A stretch of DNA of 64,000 nt, taken from assembly GCF_963921235.1 (NCBI RefSeq), contig NC_086097.1, positions 9,176,001-9,240,000 of the forward strand. The letters run 5' to 3'. A model generated the notes under the pieces. The model had not been told where the DNA came from, did no database searches, and saw only the letters and a program-made list of their open reading frames with translations. The DNA is from Mobula hypostoma (Eukaryota). The position numbers and the translations under genes are program-made. Positions 12,396 to 25,023 of this stretch are shown here, piece after piece; position 1 is the stretch's first letter, and the number at the start of each line of letters is the position of its first letter.

Positions 12396-13285
12396 TATTA
12401 CATGGGACGTCGGGAGCGAACCCAAGTGCAGGACACCGACACGTAGGTAGCATTTACAGAAATGTATTTATTAATATTTGCAAGGAAGGCCGAGGAGTGA
12501 GGATTAGGCCAAGGGGGGCCGAGGATTGAGCGAAGCTGGACCAAGGATCGAACCCGGGTCACTACAGCAAGACTCTGGCGTTTTTAGGCAGAGCAAGGAT
12601 GTGGACCAGGGGATGTGCGTGGCCGGGATAGAACTGAGGGCGGAATGCCCTACTCCTATCAACATTGGGGGAAATTAACACAGGCAACCGGAGCGGGAAC
12701 AGAACTTAGAATGTAGAACACACAATTTGTTTCTTGACTCGGAGTAGCGGCAAACGGACAGCAATACTCAGCTGTACACGAGATGACAAAACCAAACAAC
12801 GACAGACAATTCATATCTTGACACAGAGTAGCACATGAAGCGGCAAACAGCCGGCGATCACTCATCTGGACACGAGACAACAAAACCAAACAACGACAGA
12901 CAATTCGTATCTTGACACAGAGTAGCACATGAAGCAGCAAACGGCCAGCTGGACATGAGACGACAAAACCAAACAATGACAGACAATTCATATCTTGACT
13001 CAGAGCAGTGGCAAATGGCTGGCAATCACTTAACTGGACACGAAGAGACAGAATTCCCAAAGCAACCCCAGGCACCGAAGCAACTTAGAATCCACCATTC
13101 TCGGTGGCCGAGAACATGCATTGCCCCACTGGCTGAGGTAACACTTCAGCCCTGAGTAGATGTTAGCCGGAGTTTCTATGCTGCCGGTTTGGATGAGAAT
13201 CAGGTGCCTTAATCAGGGAACCCAGTAGAACACGGGGAAAAGGGAATTAAAAGAAAATGAGGAGTCAACGAACCGGACCGTGACA
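12396..13285 (-). mobile_element. Probable solo LTR with internal ~83-94 bp imperfect tandem repeats (12722-13050)
   Basis: Minus strand starts TGTCAC and ends GTAATA (degenerate TG...CA), with AATAAA near its 3' end (tttatt ~12467). It splits a Rex-type tail (gaac..gag / ..agttgtagagtc). Repeat units start at about 12776, 12870, 12953 and 13038. Confidence 0.6.
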
Positions 13286-14485
13286 CTAAGTTGTAGAGTC
13301 TTTAAAAGTAAGTCCATCAGTTGTAGAATCTGTTCAGAGTTGAGGTGAATGGAGTTATCAATGTTGGCTTAGAAGTCTGATAGCTGAAGGGTAACAGCTG
13401 TTCCTGAACATGGTGATGTGAGACCTAAGGCTCCTGTACCTTCTCAGTGGCAGCAGCAAGACGAGAGCATGGCCTAGATGGTGGGGGTCCTTGATGATGG
13501 CTGCTCTGCTTTCTTGTGGCTCACTTAGAGCATTAAACATTCTTTGCAAGAGATATATCCGAGTGATTATCTGAAGTAATATTGTCGTTTGGTATCCTGC
13601 AGACTTTAAAGCTGGTGTAAAGGATCTAGTCTCCTGCAGCACGTGGAACCTGAATGATTTCTATAGAAGCCTGGAATCAATATTAAGCCAATCTACATAG
13701 GGATTGGGTAAGAAAGTGAAGTTAACATCTGCCTTCATCTTGTAGAATGGACAAATGGTATAAACATTTTTTAGACCCTTCCTGCTCCTGGACCCTAGAT
13801 TAACGTATTATAGAAAGTACGTTTCCAAGTCCCACGAAAGAAGAAATGCTTCACACTGGCATCACAGCACTGGTGAAATACTCACAACTTTTACTGTTTG
13901 GGTGGTCCATTAACAGACAGCAGTGAAAGGTTGTCCTAATGGGCTAACCTCTTCTGTAAACTTTCACTGTCTGCAAGAACTCAGTAAAGTCTCTGGAGTA
14001 TCAAAGGTCCATATTATTTCAGAGGATTGCTTTGATATATCTCTGACACATCAGCATGGTTCTATTTCAAGAAGGGTCAAATTTCAAATTTTAATGAGCA
14101 AAATTTAATTCTGGACCAGATTGAATAATATAATCAAACTGAGATTGGATCAAGACTTTGATCTGAATCCAAAATTATCTTAGAGTTTTGTCTGTATATC
14201 ATATTACAGCTTATGAAACAACAATTAAAGGCAAACATGCCTGTCACATGACTTACTGGATCAGCTACATTATTGCTAAGTTTCAATTAAAATTTTCAGT
14301 GATGTCACTCGGCTGATAATTTATGACCCATCATTACCATATCAAGTGTTAATCAACGTTGAACGATACATAGTCCTTAAATTACAGAGCTTTAACAGGC
14401 TGAAGAATATCCAGAAAAGAAAAACAGATTCAGCCAGCTTGAAGGCTCTACACAAATTCTCTTAAAGATATGTCATCATTCAAAG

Positions 14486-15235
14486 CAACACACACAAAAT
14501 GCTGGAGGAACTCAGCAGGTCAGTTGGCATCTATGGAAAAGAGTACAGTTGACATGTCAGACTAAGACCCTTCATCAGGACTGAGAAGGAAGGGGGGAGA
14601 TGCCAGAATAAAAAGGTGTGGGGAGGGGAAGGAGGGTGGCTGGAAGGTGATCGGTGAAGCCAAGATGGAAAGATCGAAGGCTGGAGAGGAACGATTCTCA
14701 TTCTCCTTCCGAAGTGTCCATCCCTGACCTCCTTTTTTGCCAAGTTGAGGTCACCTTCAGGGTGAAGGAGCAACACCTTATATTCCTTCTGGCTAGCCTC
14801 AAATCTGATGGCATGAATAGCTATTTCTCTTTCTGGTGAACAAATTACATACTATCACCCCCTTCCTCTATTCCCCACTTTGACCTTTCACTTCTTCTCA
14901 CTTGCCTATTACTTCCCCTGGGTCCTCTCCTCCTTCCCATTTTCCTATTGTCCACTCTCCTCTCCCATCAGATTCCTTCTTCTACAGCTCTTGACTTTTC
15001 CCACCCAACTGGCTTCAACTATCACCTTCCAGTTAACTTCTTTCCCCTCCTCCCACCTTTTTATTCTGGCGTTACCCCTTCACCTTTCCTTCTCAGTCCT
15101 GAAGAAGGGCCTTGGCCTGAACCATCAACTGTTTACTCATTTCCATAGATGCTGCCTGACCTGCTGAGTTCCTCCAGCATTTTGTGCATGTTGTTTTAGA
15201 TTTCCAGTACCTACAGATATTCTCATGTTTGTGAT
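14486..15235. mobile_element. Fold-back Penelope derivative (older subfamily): minus tail arm + plus GIY-YIG C-terminus and tail
   Basis: VTFRVKEQHLIFLLASLKSDGMN is homologous to ATLRLEEQHLIFRLGSLQPDGMN. Degenerate hammerheads at ~14546-14583 (minus) and ~15094-15131 (plus). Confidence 0.8.
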
Positions 15236-15812
15236 GTTATCACTCACTTCCTTCTGCATGATGCTCTGTCCAGAGTCAGAATCAGGTTTATTATCTCTGA
15301 TATACTGTATGTCATGAAATGCGTTGTTTTGCGATAGCAGTACAGGGTAATACATAATAATAAAACAACTGTAAATTGCAATATATATATACTCTATATT
15401 ATATATTTACAGTATATACTATATTTGATACATAAATAAACAAGTAGTGAAAAAAGAAAACAAAAAAGAAAAAAGTATATATAGTGTGGTAGTGCACATG
15501 GATTCATTGTCCATACAGAAATCTGATGGCAGAGGGGAAAAAGTTTCTAAAAAGTTCATTGAGTGTCTTCAATCTCCTGTACCTCCTAAAGGGAAACAAT
15601 ACCGGCAAGATGAGATACTTTACTCAACTGTGTTTTTGAAACTGAAGAAAAATGTTCCTTGAAATATACCACGAGAAAAAAATACTTGAATTACTAATTT
15701 TTTGAAAAACAGCGCAATCATCTCTGATATAAAGTTTTGACCTAGAATAGCAAGGAACATGTGCTCTTCAATTACCTCTGGCTAAGTCTGAAATTACCCT
15801 CAGCATACTGTA

Positions 15813-15819
<7 letters not shown>

Positions 15820-15903
<84 letters not shown>

Positions 15904-15912
15904 TGTATGTGT
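15820..15912. repeat. Compound microsatellite (TA)n(TG)n abutting an RTE-type 3' tail (15913-15966, minus)
   Basis: Directly visible; the adjacent sequence is the reverse complement of the tail at 6520-6566 and 39035-39080. Confidence 0.9.
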
Positions 15913-16346
15913 GTTGGTGGCATCTGTTAGTCTCGCGTGACCATGGGTCTGCGCCTGGAAAGTCTTGCTTCAGTTGTGTCTGTTGTGCTATCCTTCAGTG
16001 AAGAGGACAGAAAAAGACTTTCCCACAAAGTACTGAAAGAAACTTGATAATTGGCCAAGGCTGAAGGAAATTAAAGCTCTGCTACTTGTCTCTAACAAAA
16101 TGTTTAGGAATTTCACAGGCTCATGGTGGGATGGAGTGGGGTGAGGAAGCCCCGAATATTTTTTATATACATTTGAGGTGAAAAAACTGCCAAACAGAAC
16201 TGGTTTACAATTCTTGGTAAATCCTAGGCTGGTTCTCAGAACTTGTAAGCAAATTAGATGATCTTACTAACATGTTTTCAATAATGTTAATATGTATACC
16301 AGGTTATTATGGTTACTTAGGATGAAAACTATTGTTATACAAGCTT

Positions 16347-16550
16347 AAACACACGAGGTTCTGCAGATGCTGGAAACCCTGAGCCACATACACAAAATAT
16401 TGAGGAATACAAGAATTCAGGCAGTACCTATGGAGGGCAATAAACAGTCGACATTTCAGGACATGACGAAGGGTCTTGATCCAAAATATTGATTGCTTAT
16501 TCCTCTCCATAGATGCTATCTGACTTGCTGAATATACAAGTTTCTCTTCA
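16347..16550. mobile_element. Fold-back Penelope-tail derivative, degenerate
   Basis: Minus arm ...taaacagtcgacatttcagg joined to plus arm tgacgaagggtcttgatccaaaat...agatgct. Confidence 0.7.
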
Positions 16551-16699
16551 AGCACCAATCAATTTTTGTTGTGGTTTTGGTTTTGTGTTCATAAAGGTGT
16601 TTTTTAAAGGTTTTGAATTACCAGACAATCTTTCTTTTATTGTGATGTTTGAGGGTAGAATCTTAATTAAGATGATGGAAAAGCTTTTTTTATATATTT

Positions 16700-16995
16700 G
16701 GAGATGCAGTCTGGATAGACCCTTTGAGTCCAACAAGTCCCAGCATCCAGCAATCCAAATGTTTAACCGTAGCCTACTCACAGGGCAGTTTACAATGACC
16801 AATTAACCTTCAAACCAACACATCTTTGGACTGAGGGAGGAAATTGGACCACTCAGAGAAAACCTACCCAGTAACGGGGAGATCGTATAAACTCCTTGCG
16901 GATGGTACTGTAATTGAACTCTGAATTCCTGAACACCCAAAAACTGTAATTGCTACTATAATAACTATAATAGCATTAAGCACTACACCACAGTG
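16700..16995 (-). mobile_element. HE1/V-type tRNA SINE
   Basis: Reverse complement of the V-domain-like tctccccgt...ggtttcctcc...ctcccacagtccaaaga block, shared with the other copies listed. Confidence 0.65.
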
Positions 16996-17041
16996 GCTAA
17001 GAGGTACACCAGAATCTATAACATGTGAACCAAGGCTGCAT

Positions 17042-17425
17042 ATCATTATCATCATTATGTAGCATGTCATATGACAGAGGCCATCATTGTCCCATAACCG
17101 TGGTGGTTCATGGCAAATTTTTTTACAGAAGTGGTTTGCCATTGCCTTCTTCTGGGCACCGTCTTTACAAGATGGGTGACCCTAGCCATTATCAATACTC
17201 TTCAGAGATTGTCTGCCTGGCATCTGTGGTCGCATAACCAGGACTTGAGATTTGCACCAGCTGCTCATATGACCATCCACCATCTGGTCCCATGGCTTCA
17301 AGTGACCCTGATCACGGGGTAAGCAGGAGTTACACCTTGCCCAAGGGTAACCTGCAGGCTAGCAGAGGGAAGGAATGCTTTACACCTCCTTTGGTAGAGA
17401 CGTATTTCCACACTGCCACCCCAGC
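17042..17425 (-). mobile_element. RTE/BovB-related short element
   Basis: gaagtggtttgccattgccttcttctggg motif and (ATC)n end. Second copy at 57668-58040; deleted plus-strand copy at 18380-18562. Confidence 0.6.
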
Positions 17426-20400
17426 AATTAATAATAGCCGACCATTAAACAAACTGATGGAATATACTATTGGTGTTATGTCATACTTAAATGCACATGA
17501 CATCTGTTTTGACTTTATACTTTTGCAATCTTATTGAATGGTCCCTTATATTCTGTGTATATTCACACAGTGACAAGTATATATTATAGTGTTGACAATA
17601 TATCAAACTAAAAGGAATCATACTTAAGTCATTACTGTGAAATAATTTATGCTCTGTCACTGCATTGAATTTGCATATTTATCTTCACTGGCACACTCAA
17701 AGTCTGCTGGGATGTTTTTCTTCATCCAACGTGAATGGGTGGTTGCAATGTTAAAATGTCTGTATTAGCATCAGCTTATTTGATCTGGACACTGCTACCC
17801 TGACAGAGTCATCAAGTTATTCAGCAAAGCAACAGGATTGTTAGTCTAACTCAATGGTCACCACTGGACCACAGGAATGTGTAACACCCCGAGAAGACAC
17901 ACTCCCTGTCATGAGTCCTGCCAGCCTTCCAACTGTATTTCTTAATTGTAGAATGATTGCTTTGTCTTGCGGTGCCTCTCAATCAGGCCAAGGAAATTCA
18001 GTTGCTATTCCGATGAATAAACTCTTTTTTTTCTGTCTCAACATGCCAGTTTGTCAATCTTCCACACCTGGGTTCAGTCATCTGTCAGCACACACCGTAA
18101 CGCTCCTGTTGTGGGGCCAGTAGGAGCACACAAGAAAATCTTTCCTACCAAATGCAATAGGCATATCATCTCTGTACGACAGGAGAACACACATCATCAT
18201 ACAATAGTCTCTGGTTTATTAGTTTGTACATTATTATTGCAGATTATTGCACATTGGTAAATTATTATTATGTATATTTTTATTCCATACTTTATTATTA
18301 GTCAAATCTGCACACTGCTAAGTGTGTTTTTAAATGTTGCTGCAGTAATGAAGTAATTTCCCACTCAGGATCAATAAAGTGGGATGAAGATTGGTCTCTA
18401 CGAAAGGAGGGGTAAGGTGTTCCTTCCTTCCACTAGCCTGTGGGTCACGCTTGGACAAGGTGTAACACCTGCTCAGCCTCCTGGTCAATTTGATTTGCAA
18501 GAATAATCATGGTCACCGTGATTGGCTACACCATACAACACGGAACATAAAGATGATGATGATTGTTGTTAATTGCAGAATGAGAGAGTTTTCTTTGTCC
18601 AGCAAAATCACAATTAGATGTAGAATCACTTTTAATATCATTGGCATATGCCGTAAAATACCTTGTTTCACTACCATGATATTTGTAGTCTGCTGAGGGC
18701 TAGAGCTGAGGCATTCAAGACAAAAACAATTCTCATGCAGGGCTTGCAGGCCATTACTTCCAACAAAATGAAACCTAATATCATGAATGTCTGTGATGCC
18801 TCACTCCCATGTGAGCTCAATGCCTTTTATGTAAGCTTTGGAATAAAACTACACCTGTATGAATCTCTGCAGTTTAAGCAATGTTTACTGTATGCACCTC
18901 AAAACAATAGAATAAGGTTACAAAAACACCACACGATAATGTTTTCATTTCCTTTCTCTATTTCAACCAGTGTTTTTGTTGCATTTGGCTTCATCAAGAA
19001 CATATCTGTTTCCAAAGTGATTTTCAGGGATTTAGATTATGAAAGTTAAAACAAAACTGTAGCAATTTCAATCATGAAGATTCTTAACTACACTTGAGAA
19101 GGTTGAACCTTTTCTATTAATGCCAGGTCCTGTCAGGTCCTGTTATATCTTCTGTGCTTTGATCAAGCAGTGCGCAATGTGGATAATAAAGAAATGGTGT
19201 GTTTCTATGGTCAATCCACAGGCATTTGATGGCTTCATAGACAGCTTTGAATCTTCTAGCTGCCACACAGTACAAAACAAATCCCCTGTTGAAAACTGTC
19301 CATCATATTGGCACATGTGAAACTCTGAAGCAAACAACACACAAAGGAAAATCAGAGAGATGACAGAAAGGCAGGGGAGATGCACAACTCATAAAAGTTC
19401 CAGACTTCTAGTGCCATGTCATAGAATTACAAGATTATTCTGCCCTTCTGGCTCTGCTGAACCTTTCCTAAAGATATCCAATTAATCCATACATCCACTC
19501 GTTCCCATAGTCCAGTAGTTTCTTTTCCATATCTATATTGAACCTTTCTATCCTCTCCTGTTTCACCAAACCTCTCCCTGCTTCCAACTAGATCAAAGTT
19601 GAATGTACTTTTAATTGCTTAGCAATATTTAGATTACAATAGCATTTTACAATGTATAAATATTTAGTAGAATAGACTAGACCAGAAAAAGAAGAATCAT
19701 TAACATTTCAAATTGATGAAATTGCATCCGAATATTTTCATATGTGAATATAGAATTTAGAACACTACAGCACAATACAGGTCCTTCGGCCCACAATGTC
19801 CTGCTGACCTATTAACCTATTCTAAGATTGATCTAACCCTTCCCTTTTTCAGAGCAGTCCAATTTTATCAAAGTTGATAGAAAACATCATCAAAATATTA
19901 TATCATAGTATCGTAGTATTAAGAAGCATGAGTTATTTATCTATTGAGATACAATGTGGAATTGGCCCTTTGAGCTGCATGAACCACCAATCCCCTAATT
20001 TAATCATAGATTCATAGTCATAGAGAAGAAGACCCTTCGGCCCATCTAATCCATGCCAAAACCATCCTTCTCCCATCGACCTGCACTGGGATCACAGCCC
20101 TCCCTATCCCCACCCAAACTTCTGTTAAGTATCGAAATTGAGCTCGCATGCACCACTTGTGCTGGCAGCTCATTCCACACTTTCACAAACCTCTGAGTGA
20201 AGGTTTCCCCTTTCACCTTTCACCTTTATCCTGTGACCTCCAGTTGTAGTCCCACCCAACCTCAGTGGAAAGAGCCTGCTTGCATTTACCCCATTAATAC
20301 CCCTCATAATGTTGTATACCTCTATCAAATCTTCTCTCAATGTCCTCTTAATCCAAGCCTAATCATATATACTACCCTGAGATTCATTTTCTTACAGCAT

Positions 20401-21892
20401 TCACAGTAAATACTAAGAAACACAATAGAATCAATTGAAAACTCAAAAAAACAAAAGAATTGTACAAATACAAAAGAATATAATATATAAATACATATTG
20501 AGAACATGAGTTTTAGAGTCCTTCAAAATGAATCCATAGTGTGTGGAATGAGTTCAATGTGGTATGAGTGAGATTGTTCACAAGATGTTTCTGCATAACG
20601 TTTATTATCCGTTGCTAGTTATCACGTATTGAACTTACCACATTGATGGGCCATGCATTGCAATTAGGTTACTCTGACTAAAGAAAGCAGATAGCCTTCC
20701 TGAATAATATTGATGAAACTTTGTTCTTCCATTGCAACAATATAGTAGTTTCACAGTCACATTGTTGATACTAATTCAAATTCCCCAGCTGCTAAAATGA
20801 GATTCCAACCTGTCTACCAGATCAATAATCCAGCTCTCTAGACAGTTGGCCAATAACTACATCTGTAGTGATGGCGTGTTCCTTTATGAAACCTATTCCA
20901 CCTTCTCCTCAGTTTTTTAATGTTGACTTTGGATCATTCAACTTCCACAAATTTCCTTTGAGACAGATAAGACCTTTCTTATTTTGCAGATACAAAATCT
21001 GTCTGTGTTATCAAAGACTCACCGGAAGCTTAACTGAGTTTCCTTTGCCCTTCAGTGACTTAAAGATCTTTGAATACCTTCAATAATTTCTTTGCCTGCA
21101 TTTTCAGCACACACTATTGATATATTTCAAGTATTGCAAATTTGTATACTGTAGATGATTTGCTGTAAAAGTACCCTGGGACCATTTAGTTTTATTCACA
21201 AACCCTTGAGTTATTTATTACAGGTGCTCCTGGCTTTGGCAATATGTTCAGAGGATCTAATAACTTTGATCTGTCACTTTAGCCTGAGTTCACTTTGGGT
21301 AGTTCAGACACTCTCTAAAAGATAAAATGGAATAATTGCTCTCATGAGGATCAGATGAGGATTCTGCTATCTCTAACTGTTTGGATCTTTACTTTGTCTC
21401 ACCCTCTTTACCGGTGCTAATTGTCTGTAATGCAAAGTAAGGTGCAGTGTAGGCACCTGGAACGTCTCTGAGGCTGTATTGCATTGTTCCTTGATCTTGG
21501 CCATTTTCTTGCAAATGTTTCATCATCAGCGTGCTGTTAATGGTGAGGTCTTCAGAACGTTTTTGCCTTTATATACTTATCAATCAGCTGGTTTGTCGTC
21601 ATGTGGAAAACTCAGTTGTGATGTGGGGAGGAGATCTCGTCACTTTGTGTGCTCTGGAACTTTGAGATCCACATGTCTGTTTGCAGAATTGTTCATGGAA
21701 AACCATGCTTCTAGAATCAACCACCTGACCAGCACATTTTCTGAATTATTTGCCTTTCTCTGAGGTATAAAATGCTTGCTGGCGGTGGAGTTGGACTTGT
21801 TGCATATTGTTTTTCTGTCTGCTACAGCCACCCAAAAAGGAAGATGACAGTAGCAGCACACAGTCTAACAAATGGTGCAAATTGTTGTCTCA

Positions 21893-22012
21893 AACACGAG
21901 GAAATCTCTTACTAGCTCTCCTTTCGATTAGTCCTGACGAGGGGTCTCAGCCCGAAACGTCGACTGTACCTCTTCCTAGAGATGCTGCATTCACCAGCAA
22001 CTTTTATTGTGT
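21893..22012 (+). mobile_element. 120-bp Penelope-tail insertion with its own 14-bp TSD
   Basis: TSD aaattgttgtctca at 21879-21892 and 22013-22026. Confidence 0.88.
21929..21966 (+). ncRNA. Minimal type-I hammerhead ribozyme
   Basis: tagtc-CTGACGA-ggggtctcagccc-GAAAC-GTC^gactg. Confidence 0.85.
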
Positions 22013-22574
22013 AAATTGTTGTCTCAGATGTTTTTCTGTTGGTCATTGGTAATGTGGAATATTGCAGATCTGGTTCACTGGTTCATTAGTGAGACCAATG
22101 GTGGGGGAACTGCATTGCCTTGGTTTTTGCATGGACTAGGCCCTCATACAATGGGGCAGCTTGTTGCAGCCAGCCAGGACAGGAGATGGCAGAGTGGTCG
22201 AGAACTGTAGTCCATGCTGGGTTGGGGGCTTGCCTTTCCTGTTGGTGCTCCCCTCTGGTGTTCTTATCGTGGAAGATAAGCTGGATTGCTTTCATCTGCT
22301 ACTGCACTTGCAGGTTCATTCTTGCAGAAACATGACCCCAGGACAACATCTACAAGCCATGACACTCAGGAACTTGTGTTCAATACTTTTCTGTGACTGT
22401 ACATTTTTCTGCTATCAGAACTATATGTGTTGTGTGTGATTGTTGGTAGTGTGTTTTGCACCTTGGCCCATGAGGAATGCTCTTTTGATTGGCTGAATGA
22501 CAATTAAACATGAAGTTGAACTTCAACTTGAACTTGAAATAGGTCACATATTTATGGACTATTGTTATATATAT

Positions 22575-23075
22575 TTTTTCCTTTCTTTTCAAATCTTTTT
22601 ATTATTATTGTCCAAAATTAACAAGAGTACATTGAAGTAAGCAACACTTACAATGTCTCAAGAAAAAAAAACATTGTATTAAAGATTGAAAAAATCTTGG
22701 TGACCAAAAAAAGAGGGGTAAAACCCTACTAAAGCAAGAAAGGTGAGAAAAAAAACATTAGGTGTTCAACCCCGGAGCCATGTGTCACACAAAAACTTTC
22801 AAAAGATAAACATCAAACCATCAGCAAGAAAAAAATGTACCAAAAATTTACAATTAGATTGTGGAGGAAATCTACCAATTAACTCAAATGATAGTAACGA
22901 GCAAATGAACTCCATCTTTTCTCAAAATCAAACATAGGTTCAAAGGTTCGACTTCTAATTTTCTCCATACTAAGACATAGCATCATTTGAGAGAACCATT
23001 GTGACAAAATGGGAGCCGATGTATCCTTCCACTTCAACAAAATGGCCCTCCTAGCTATCAATGTAATAAATGCAA
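22575..23075 (-). mobile_element. L1-clade LINE 3' end
   Basis: IARRAILLKWK...W...L.MEKIR...F.K.W..F is the characteristic fish-type L1 ORF2 C-terminus; long 3' UTR ending in an A-rich tail. Confidence 0.75.
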
Positions 23076-24016
23076 TAAGACTATTGTTATAGGTGCTGTG
23101 TATTGTTTCCCAGTTACATTAGAGTCAGCCATAATTGGTTATTCCAAAGATTTGAGAAAGTGGTGTTGCCTTCTGGTAAGACAACGCATATTGCCCATTT
23201 TAGCCGGATGGCTTAAACAGTGCAGTCCAAATGGTAATAATGTTCCCATAATGATTGGAAACTGAGGGTTCCAGGAATTTGATTCAGTGGCATTAGATAC
23301 AACCCTAGAGTTGTATGCCATTCAGGGGATCCTAGATTTATTATGAATGACACAATTTCTTTTTGCATATATTGGAAATCTCTCTGCCTTCACATTTCAC
23401 CTTTTGTGAAAGTACAATTGATTGCTCGTGAAGGGTGTTGGATCTGAAACATTGATTGTGTTCCTCTTCCGCAGACCTGACCTGACCTTCTAAGTGCTTC
23501 CGGAATTTTCTGTTTTTGCTTGCAGATGATTTCTGTTTCTTCTATATTATCCTTTACTCCCTGACTGTGTCTCTGTCTCCCCTAATCACCTTATGTCTCT
23601 CTCCCACCTTGCTGCTATCAACACTGCCAAGCCTGTTCTCAGGATGTGGGAGTGCACATCTCACACAATATCTCATAGTCCCTCAACACATTCCAAAATA
23701 TCAGGAAATCTCACTAATGCCTTTACTTTCTGAGAAGGCTGAAGAGAGCTGGACTATGCACATCAATATTCATGACATTCTGCACATGCGGAGTAGAAAG
23801 CATCCTAACCAGTTGCATCAATGCATGGTATGGAAACTGCACAGCAGTGGACAGGAAGGCTCAACAAAGCTGCCTAATGCATCACCCACAACAATCTACC
23901 ACCATCAAGGACTTATATACAGAAAGATACTGGAAAAAGACCAGTAACATCATGAAAGATTCTGTCCACCCTGCTCATGGCCTGTAGAACCACTACCATC
24001 AGGGAGGAAGCTTTGT

Positions 24017-24305
24017 TTGTTTCTTTTTGCGTGCGTCTGCGTGGGCGTGCGTGCGTGCGTGATGATGTCTTTTTCATGGCTTTTTACAAGACGCGGAGTG
24101 AGAGAGAGGCACTGTGTGGCCCGCCACTCCTCACACAGACACTTTTGCAGTGATTTTCCCTTTATTTTACGAGGTCGAGTTGTGATCTCGACACTCAACC
24201 CAGCACAGATGGAAAGCGTACTCGGGAGCAGACCCGACTGGTTTCGAACCCGGGAACCTCCCTCCCGGGTCTGGCGCTGATGTCATTGCACCACCAGCCA
24301 GCCCT
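24017..24305 (-). mobile_element. Full-length tRNA-derived SINE with 15-bp TSD
   Basis: TSD gggaggaagctttgt (24002-24016 / 24306-24320). Minus strand has A box tggtgcaatg and B box ggttcgaaacc; tail is (GCAC)n + A-rich. Confidence 0.88.
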
Positions 24306-24590
24306 GGGAGGAAGCTTTGTAGCATCCATACCAGGACCACCAGACTCAAACACAATTACTTTCCCCATGCAGTAAGGCTGATCAACATATAACCATAGAA
24401 CAACTACAGCATGGAATCAGGCCATCTCAGCCCTTCCAGTCTGTGCCGAACTCTTACGCTACCCTATTCTCACCGACCTGCACTCAGCCCATAACCCTCC
24501 ATTCCTTTCCTGTCCACTCATCAACATCTCCACCCACTAACCCCCAACATAATCCCCAACACCACTGCTTTATTATTTCCTGTCAGATTT

Positions 24591-25023
24591 CATCGTCGTC
24601 GTCGTGGCTATTCCTCGAGGTCGAGGATGATGGTTTTCGTTCTGTTGACCAATCAAGTGGCCTACAGAGCGAAGATGCCTGTGCGTGTATTTGTTTAACG
24701 TGTACTTAACATTGCACTCCAAGAAGCACACCATACTTCATTAATCAGCCAACTGATTCCAATGGCATGGAAACCACGATGATTGGAGCTCATGGATTTG
24801 TTGCAGCTTTCATCCGCCTTCACAGCCGTTGAGTTCGAAGTAACATCGTCCTCCTGTTCCACCATTGAGGTATTGGTTGGATTGTTCTTTGTCGGGGACC
24901 TCACCCTCGACCTTACCACCATGGGTGACCCTACCAGGAGCATAGCTCCAGACGACATCGCTCTCGGGATCACAGGACCACACAAGCTTCTCCACCGCGA
25001 CAAGATGATAATCCATGGAGAAG
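24591..25023 (-). mobile_element. Bipartite non-autonomous RTE derivative (5'UTR + 3' tail) with 10-bp TSD
   Basis: TSD tgtcagattt (24581-24590 / 25024-25033). The 5' part cttgtcgcggtggagaagcttgtgtg...cctggtagggtcacccatgg resembles an Expander/Rex3-type RTE 5'UTR; (GAC)n tail. Confidence 0.75.

Noticed and set aside
12722..13050. CRISPR-like repeat/spacer pattern (also 46061-46553)
   Set aside because: Eukaryotic context, long units, non-unique spacers, no cas genes.
13358..13642. 94-aa minus-strand ORF
   Set aside because: The C-terminal half is Rex-type repeat sequence; the unique half has no recognisable motif.
21828..21876. Possible plus-strand exon after tttttctgtctgctacag encoding PPKKEDDSSSTQSNK
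   Set aside because: The donor (gtgcaa) is weak, I recognise no protein, and there are no partner exons; needs RNA-seq.
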